Assembly (NCBI GenBank): GCA_022451865.1
Contig: JAKUNM010000001.1
Location: forward strand, 4,733-68,732
From: Dehalococcoidia bacterium
GTDB taxonomy: Bacteria > Chloroflexota > Dehalococcoidia > UBA2979
Length of the DNA: 64,000 nucleotides
Direction: 5' to 3'
Shown here piece after piece: positions 59,161 through 64,000 of this stretch. The translations under genes and the position numbers were made by a program. The notes under the pieces are model-generated. The model saw only the letters and a program-made list of their open reading frames with translations, had not been told where the DNA came from and ran no database searches. Position 1 is the first letter of the stretch, and each line of letters begins with the position of its first letter.

Positions 59161-61368
59161 CTACCTAGGACTTAAGGGTGCAAATGACAGCATTAACTTC
59201 TTAATTCCTTGCCCTTCAAATGCAACTATTATTTGCTGATCATCCTGAAGTACTGTGCATTCTATGACTGTGCCATTTCCGAATTTTTTGTGAACAACTT
59301 GGTCTCCAGGTTGATAGCTTGCTATTTGTAATTTGAGATTTTCTTGTTTTTCTGTTTGTCGAGTTTGAGCAGCTCCTCTTAATCCACGTTCTTTTATTTC
59401 AGTAGTAAAGGTAGTTTCTCTAAAAGGGTATTGAAGGTTTTCTTCAGATATATCATTTAAGAACCTTGAAGGAGGATTATTTCTGAATGTCCCATAAAGA
59501 AAACGACTCGCCGATCTCGTAAGATAAAGGATATGTTCTGCACGAGTCATTCCTACATAAAAGACACGTCGCTCCTCTTCTAATTGTTTTGGATCATCAA
59601 AAGAACGAATTGAAGGAAGTAATCCTTCCTCCAATCCAGGCATAAAAACAACAGGAAACTCTAATCCTTTTGCCGAATGGAGACTAGTTAATGTGACAGT
59701 TGGGGTTTCATCATTAGGACCATCGACATCTGAAACGAGTGCAATTTCCTCTAAAAATTGCGATAAAGTCGAATCTGGTGATACATCCTGATAGAGAGTA
59801 GCAACTGATCTAAGTTCTTCGATATTTTCCCAACGTCCTTCAGCATGTTCTGTATCAGTTTCTGTTAGATGTTCCCGGTAGTTGATGGTGGATAATAATT
59901 TATCTAAAAGTTCTATGATTGTGTTTTGTTTTGAATATTCTTCGAGCATTTCGATTTGGTGGACTAACTGTTGTAGGTTTTCCTTTCTTCTACTAGTAAA
60001 AGTTGGGAAACGGGAGTCATTATTAGTAATACCAGCACAGACATCAATTGGTGATATTCCTAGCTCTAGTGAAGAATTTAAGATTTGCTCCAGTGATTTT
60101 TTACCAATATTTCTTTTTGGAATATTTACTATCCTTTGAAATGCAAAGCTATCGAATGGATTATAGATGACTCTTAAGTATGCAATGACATCTCGAATTT
60201 CCAGTCGATCATAAAATCGAGTTCCACCAACAATCCTGTAAGGTATAGATTTTCGAATAAGTGCATCTTCAATTGCACGTGATTGTGCATTGATACGGTA
60301 CATAACTGCAAAATCCGAATAATTGTATCTTGTATTTTGGGTTAAGCGACGTATTTCATCAGCAATAAATTGTCCTTCTGTATCACTGTCTGTAGCAGTA
60401 TAGCTGTATACTTTTTCTCCTTGTGGATTATTAGTCCATGTAGATTTATTCGGTCGATTCGGTAGCTGGTTAATTACTGAATCAGCAGCTTTAAGTATAT
60501 GCTCAGTACTGCGATAATTTTGTTCAAGTAAGATTGTTTGTACTGTTGGGAAGTCTCTTCGTAAGTATTCAATATTTCGAATATCCGCAGCACGCCATGA
60601 GTAGATTGATTGATCTGGATCACCTACGACAGTTATATTTTTGTGAGTAGATGCTATCAATTGTGCGATTTGATACTGAATAACGTTAGTGTCTTGGAAT
60701 TCATCGATTAACGTATGGATATAACGGCTTGTGTACTTTTCAAGTATTAGTGCACTATTCTCAAAAAGTTCTAGAGTTTTTCCTAATAAATCATCAAAAT
60801 CTACTGCGCCACTTTGAGATAAACCTTTTGTGTATTCTTTGAATACTCTTCCAACTACTTCTTCGAAATAATTTTCAACATTTTTTTGGTATGTGGAATC
60901 AGTAAATCTTTTGTTTTTAGCACTGGAAATTGTCGATAGTATTTGTCGAGGTGGAAATTTTTTCGAATCTATGTTTAAGTTTGATTGAATCTGGCGAATT
61001 AAAGCTAATTGATCTGCTGTATCATATATAACAAAATTGGTTGGCAGATCTATTTTACTTCCATCTACCCTTAATATCCGCGCACATATCGAATGGAACG
61101 TTCCCATTGATAATGATATTGCTTTATCACCGAGTAACTGATGTATACGTTCTCGCATTTCCCGTGCAGCTTTATTTGTGAAAGTTACTGCTAAAATTCG
61201 ATGGGGATCGATATTTAATGATTCTATAAGGTATGCAATCCTATGAGTGATAACTCTAGTTTTTCCTGAACCTGGACCTGCTAAGATAATAAGAGGCCCA
61301 GACGGAGTTTCGACAGCAAGTTGTTGATTATCATTAAGTTCAGTGTTCATATTTTTCATATCTATCAA
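59161..61368 (-). CDS. uvrD: ATP-dependent DNA helicase, UvrD/PcrA family
   Basis: Walker A AGPGSGKTRVITHR, helicase motifs II-VI, and a Tudor-like PcrA/UvrD C-terminal end; 735 aa. Confidence 0.9.
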   Translation of the reverse strand: MIDMKNMNTELNDNQQLAVETPSGPLIILAGPGSGKTRVITHRIAYLIESLNIDPHRILAVTFTNKAAREMRERIHQLLGDKAISLSMGTFHSICARILRVDGSKIDLPTNFVIYDTADQLALIRQIQSNLNIDSKKFPPRQILSTISSAKNKRFTDSTYQKNVENYFEEVVGRVFKEYTKGLSQSGAVDFDDLLGKTLELFENSALILEKYTSRYIHTLIDEFQDTNVIQYQIAQLIASTHKNITVVGDPDQSIYSWRAADIRNIEYLRRDFPTVQTILLEQNYRSTEHILKAADSVINQLPNRPNKSTWTNNPQGEKVYSYTATDSDTEGQFIADEIRRLTQNTRYNYSDFAVMYRINAQSRAIEDALIRKSIPYRIVGGTRFYDRLEIRDVIAYLRVIYNPFDSFAFQRIVNIPKRNIGKKSLEQILNSSLELGISPIDVCAGITNNDSRFPTFTSRRKENLQQLVHQIEMLEEYSKQNTIIELLDKLLSTINYREHLTETDTEHAEGRWENIEELRSVATLYQDVSPDSTLSQFLEEIALVSDVDGPNDETPTVTLTSLHSAKGLEFPVVFMPGLEEGLLPSIRSFDDPKQLEEERRVFYVGMTRAEHILYLTRSASRFLYGTFRNNPPSRFLNDISEENLQYPFRETTFTTEIKERGLRGAAQTRQTEKQENLKLQIASYQPGDQVVHKKFGNGTVIECTVLQDDQQIIVAFEGQGIKKLMLSFAPLSPR

Positions 61369-61398
61369 TTCTACGATTTATTATTTTTCTGGGGTAAC

Positions 61399-62109
61399 AT
61401 GGAACGAGTGATCTTCGCAATCCTATATCCTCATGGAGGTGAATACTTGGAAATATTGCTAAGCTGGCCTGGGGGCGATTGGCAAACCACACTGAGACTA
61501 GTTGGTGCAGTGGTTGCTGGCTATTTTCTTCTGTTGTGGGCGACATATATTTTATGGGTTGCTAGGGATATCCGCTTGCGTACTCATGACCCTGTATCAC
61601 AAATTATTGCGATTTTGATAGCGATAATTTTACCTTTTGTTACATTCCCTATTTATATAACTCTTAGACCACGAGAAACTTTACAAGATTCTTATCTGAA
61701 ATTACTTGAACGTGAAGTCCTTTTTTCTCAATTGGAAGAAATACAAAATAATTCTCAAGTTTTTCAATCTAATGACTTGAATTCATTGGGAAGTACATTA
61801 TTAGCTGAGATGGATGCACATGAATTAATCGAATCATCTGAACCTACTCTTTTCTTTGATGACGTTGATGAGATCGAGTTCGATGAGTTTGATTCTCAAG
61901 TGAGATATTCACTAACATCTTCAGAGGATGAAGTCATAAATGAGGACATCGAGGAGTTCTCTCTAGAGGATGAAGTCATAAATGAGGACATCGAGGATAT
62001 TTTTTTCAGGATCTTTGTTATCAATCTCGAAATTTACTTCTTCAATTTCATCAAAAGAAAGTTTTTGGGGAGATCTCTCGATGTCCTCATTTATGACTTC
62101 ATCCTCTAG
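61399..62109 (+). CDS. Small membrane protein (PLDc_N-like two-TM domain) with an acidic C-terminal tail encoded partly by 42-bp tandem repeats
   Basis: Start at internal Met MERVIF.... Two TM helices with ...IILPFVTFPIYITLRPRE (resembles cardiolipin-synthase N-terminal-type domains). Then D/E-rich low-complexity sequence including SEDEVINEDIEEFSLEDEVINEDIE encoded by the forward repeat arm. The 3' end and stop fall inside the inverted repeat array, so the true C-terminus is uncertain. Confidence 0.5.
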   Translation: MERVIFAILYPHGGEYLEILLSWPGGDWQTTLRLVGAVVAGYFLLLWATYILWVARDIRLRTHDPVSQIIAILIAIILPFVTFPIYITLRPRETLQDSYLKLLEREVLFSQLEEIQNNSQVFQSNDLNSLGSTLLAEMDAHELIESSEPTLFFDDVDEIEFDEFDSQVRYSLTSSEDEVINEDIEEFSLEDEVINEDIEDIFFRIFVINLEIYFFNFIKRKFLGRSLDVLIYDFIL

Positions 62110-62195
62110 AGAGAACTCCTCGATGTCCTCATTTATGACTTCATCCTCTAGAGAGAACTCCTCGATGTCCTCATTTATGACTTCATCCTCTAGAG
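61923..62195. repeat. Inverted array of 42-bp tandem repeats: ~1.75 forward units, a ~78-bp spacer, ~2.9 reverse-complement units
   Basis: Forward unit GAGTTCTCTCTAGAGGATGAAGTCATAAATGAGGACATCGAG at 61923-61996. Its exact reverse complement CTCGATGTCCTCATTTATGACTTCATCCTCTAGAGAGAACTC occurs three times in tandem at 62077-62195. The arms are identical over more than 70 bp. Confidence 0.85.
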
Positions 62196-62233
62196 ATAAG
62201 ACCTAAAATATATCTCTTGCCAATATGTTATTT

Positions 62234-62863
62234 CTAACTCAATGCGTTATCCAGTAAATCAATCAACTCAGCTATTTGTGATTGTCTCCAGCCCTCAGCT
62301 ACTTCCCATTGTCTGTTAAGGTAGAGTTCTCGTGCTTCATCCCATTCAGGAGTTCCTCGCTCTTTGCCATGCAAAATTTCTACTAGAGAGCTCATTTCTG
62401 AGTTTGCTAAATCTGATCGCTCAATCCAATGACCTAAATATTCATGCGATTCATTATAAAAAACGATTACAGGTATAGATTCGAACTCTCCGTCTTTTAA
62501 GAACTCTGACATTATGTCAGAGTTCTTGTCTCTTTCAAAAAGCCTTAATTCCATTCCAGTTTGTTCAGCTAAAGCACAAGCCACAGGTAACCCTCTCCAA
62601 ACATCAGGACACCAATCTTCTCCTATAATAAGTGCATGAATACCATCAGATTGAATATAGTTTTTGAATGTCTCTATATCTTTGGTTTGAAGATTGAACT
62701 CGTCATAATGGCGTTGAAACAAGTGGGCATTTTTTTCAATCGAATTCATCCATTCGTCAAAATTAGTCATTCCACTACGATATCGTTCTAGGGTAACAAC
62801 GGAGTTTCCATTATTACTCTCAGAATTTTCTTTTCTTGTAATTACTGAACTCGGCGTCGTCAT
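62234..62863 (-). CDS. Thioredoxin-fold family protein (single-Cys WCPDVW motif), function unknown
   Basis: 209 aa. ...ALIIGEDWCPDVWRGLPV... in the position of a thioredoxin-like active-site turn. The Cys codon is TGT, not TGA. Confidence 0.4.
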   Translation of the reverse strand: MTTPSSVITRKENSESNNGNSVVTLERYRSGMTNFDEWMNSIEKNAHLFQRHYDEFNLQTKDIETFKNYIQSDGIHALIIGEDWCPDVWRGLPVACALAEQTGMELRLFERDKNSDIMSEFLKDGEFESIPVIVFYNESHEYLGHWIERSDLANSEMSSLVEILHGKERGTPEWDEARELYLNRQWEVAEGWRQSQIAELIDLLDNALS

Positions 62864-62908
62864 AATATTTCTCCAATTTTTAGATATGTTTTGCGTAATA
62901 CTACATAA

Positions 62909-63967
62909 CTATACCAAATTATCCCAAATTTTCTGATGTTCTAAGGATGATAATTCACTAATTTCTTTTTTTTCAGATTGCGCTCTTGATTCCAAATTTT
63001 TGAATTGTTCTACATATTTGTTAGAGCTGTTACGTAGGATTAGCTCAGCATTTAATTTCTTCTCATTAGCCAACAAGATCGTTGTCCAAAGTAATAGTTC
63101 TATTGCTTGCGTGTAATCTTCTTGATTAAGAGATTCTTGTATAGATTTAATTTGTTGTTCGGTAGAAATTTGTGCTTTAGGTAGTCCCATTTTTTCTGAT
63201 CTCGACAATAATTGTTGTGTCCTTGATAGCGCAGGGGCACTACGTGGGACTGAATCTATAGCACTTTTTGATTCAGGTGTATCCTTTTCTTTACGTTCTT
63301 GTGTTTTAATTATTTGCCATTGTTGTTCAATTTCATCCGGAGATTGATCTTTTGAAACGCCAAAAACATGTGGATGTCGGCGTATGAATTTTTTTGATAC
63401 GTGCTCTATCACATCTTCTAATGTGAATTCATCAGCTATTTGTGCGAGGGAGGTTTGCATGAAAATATGTGCTAGAAGATCTCCCAGTTCCTCAAGGCAT
63501 TCATTACTATTTCCAGCTTCAATCGCATCAATTAATTCGTAGGTTTCTTCTAGAAGAAAAGGTATTAAGCTCTTCGGTGTTTGTTCTTGATCCCAGGGAC
63601 ATCCTTCTGGACTAAATAGTTTTTCAATAATTGCACGCAATGTAGTTATAGGTCTTGAATCAGAAGTAATAGGTAAACTTGGAATGAGCCAAGCATCACA
63701 ATTTGTTGGTGCATCAATAAGATTAAAAGTTGATATTCTACCTTTACTTATTACGCTGATTTCTAAATTTTCTGTATACCTACTTAGTAACAAAGGTACA
63801 CTTTCTTCAATTTCACTTTTTAGGATTAGTAATTTCCTTCTGGTATCGAAATTAGTGTACTTTAGATTAAGAACTTGTAGTTCGTTAGGTTCTAACTGAA
63901 ATAATTCAGCAACGTGAGTTAAATCTAAAAATTGGTCTGATATTTTATTATTCGGATTAGTTACCAT
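62909..63967 (-). CDS. mazG: Nucleoside triphosphate pyrophosphohydrolase MazG (tandem MazG domains) with a ~100-aa N-terminal extension
   Basis: FSPEGCPWDQEQTPKSL..LLEETYELIDAIE....EELGDLLAHIF in domain 1. A second, degenerate MazG repeat follows (HPHVFG...). 352 aa. Confidence 0.8.
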   Translation of the reverse strand: MVTNPNNKISDQFLDLTHVAELFQLEPNELQVLNLKYTNFDTRRKLLILKSEIEESVPLLLSRYTENLEISVISKGRISTFNLIDAPTNCDAWLIPSLPITSDSRPITTLRAIIEKLFSPEGCPWDQEQTPKSLIPFLLEETYELIDAIEAGNSNECLEELGDLLAHIFMQTSLAQIADEFTLEDVIEHVSKKFIRRHPHVFGVSKDQSPDEIEQQWQIIKTQERKEKDTPESKSAIDSVPRSAPALSRTQQLLSRSEKMGLPKAQISTEQQIKSIQESLNQEDYTQAIELLLWTTILLANEKKLNAELILRNSSNKYVEQFKNLESRAQSEKKEISELSSLEHQKIWDNLV

Positions 63968-64000
63968 GTGGAAAGTATACTAAAGAGTGAGAATAACGCG

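Noticed and set aside
61982-62206. 74-aa plus-strand ORF with Ser-rich repeats (SSFMTSSSRENSSMSSFMTSSSRENS...)
   Set aside because: It is simply the reverse-complement arm of the inverted 42-bp repeat array read in another frame, so the repetition is a consequence of the DNA repeat rather than a real gene.
62580-62640. Possible selenoprotein (thioredoxin-like WCPDVW motif next to selB-containing genome)
   Set aside because: The Cys is encoded by TGT and the ORF is continuous, with no in-frame TGA.
1-64000. CRISPR arrays, IS elements, integrases, toxin-antitoxin pairs, rRNA
   Set aside because: No repeat-spacer periodicity, no transposase/recombinase motifs and no rRNA-like sequence. The only structured repeat is the 42-bp inverted array at 61.9-62.2 kb.

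Overview
AT-rich (~38-40% GC) bacterial chromosomal segment, densely coding and dominated by core housekeeping genes, plus one accessory CoA-metabolism island. Gene order along the window: partial Mur ligase, ftsI, ftsL, rsmH, mraZ (start of a dcw cluster, minus strand); a frameshift-interrupted trmD then rplS; priA; an SDR oxidoreductase; def; yajC-secD-secF; selB; hemW; aspS; an Opp/Dpp-like substrate-binding protein and two permeases with no ATPase gene; tig-clpP-clpX; tlyA-nadK; GNAT and NUDIX genes; a TCA block (sdhC-sdhA-sdhB, convergent fumC-mdh-icd) followed by a pccB-like carboxyltransferase; a LysM lipoprotein; rplY/ctc; rlmN-fmt; secG; a yvcK-like gene; gatB; the CoA island (two adjacent family-III CoA-transferases and an enoyl-CoA hydratase, facing an operon of a fused double CoA-transferase, an SCP2-like protein, an FmdB zinc ribbon and an unknown 356-aa protein); tRNA-Leu(TAA); mutS-mutL; tRNA-Phe(GAA); a TPP-dependent enzyme; a stand-alone Pta-N-terminal-like (DRTGG) protein; uvrD/pcrA; a small membrane protein with an acidic repeat tail; a thioredoxin-like protein; mazG. 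I found no rRNA, CRISPR array, transposase, integrase or phage genes. The two most unusual things are (i) a perfect inverted array of 42-bp tandem repeats at 61923-62195, lying between convergent genes and partly inside one of them, and (ii) the 43.8-51.5 kb CoA-transferase island with its uncharacterised 356-aa protein. trmD is split by an apparent 1-nt frameshift. All calls rest on recognising protein motifs in the supplied six-frame translations and on reading the DNA directly; no database search was possible. Coordinates I counted by hand (tRNAs, repeats, alternative starts) may be off by 1-2 nt.
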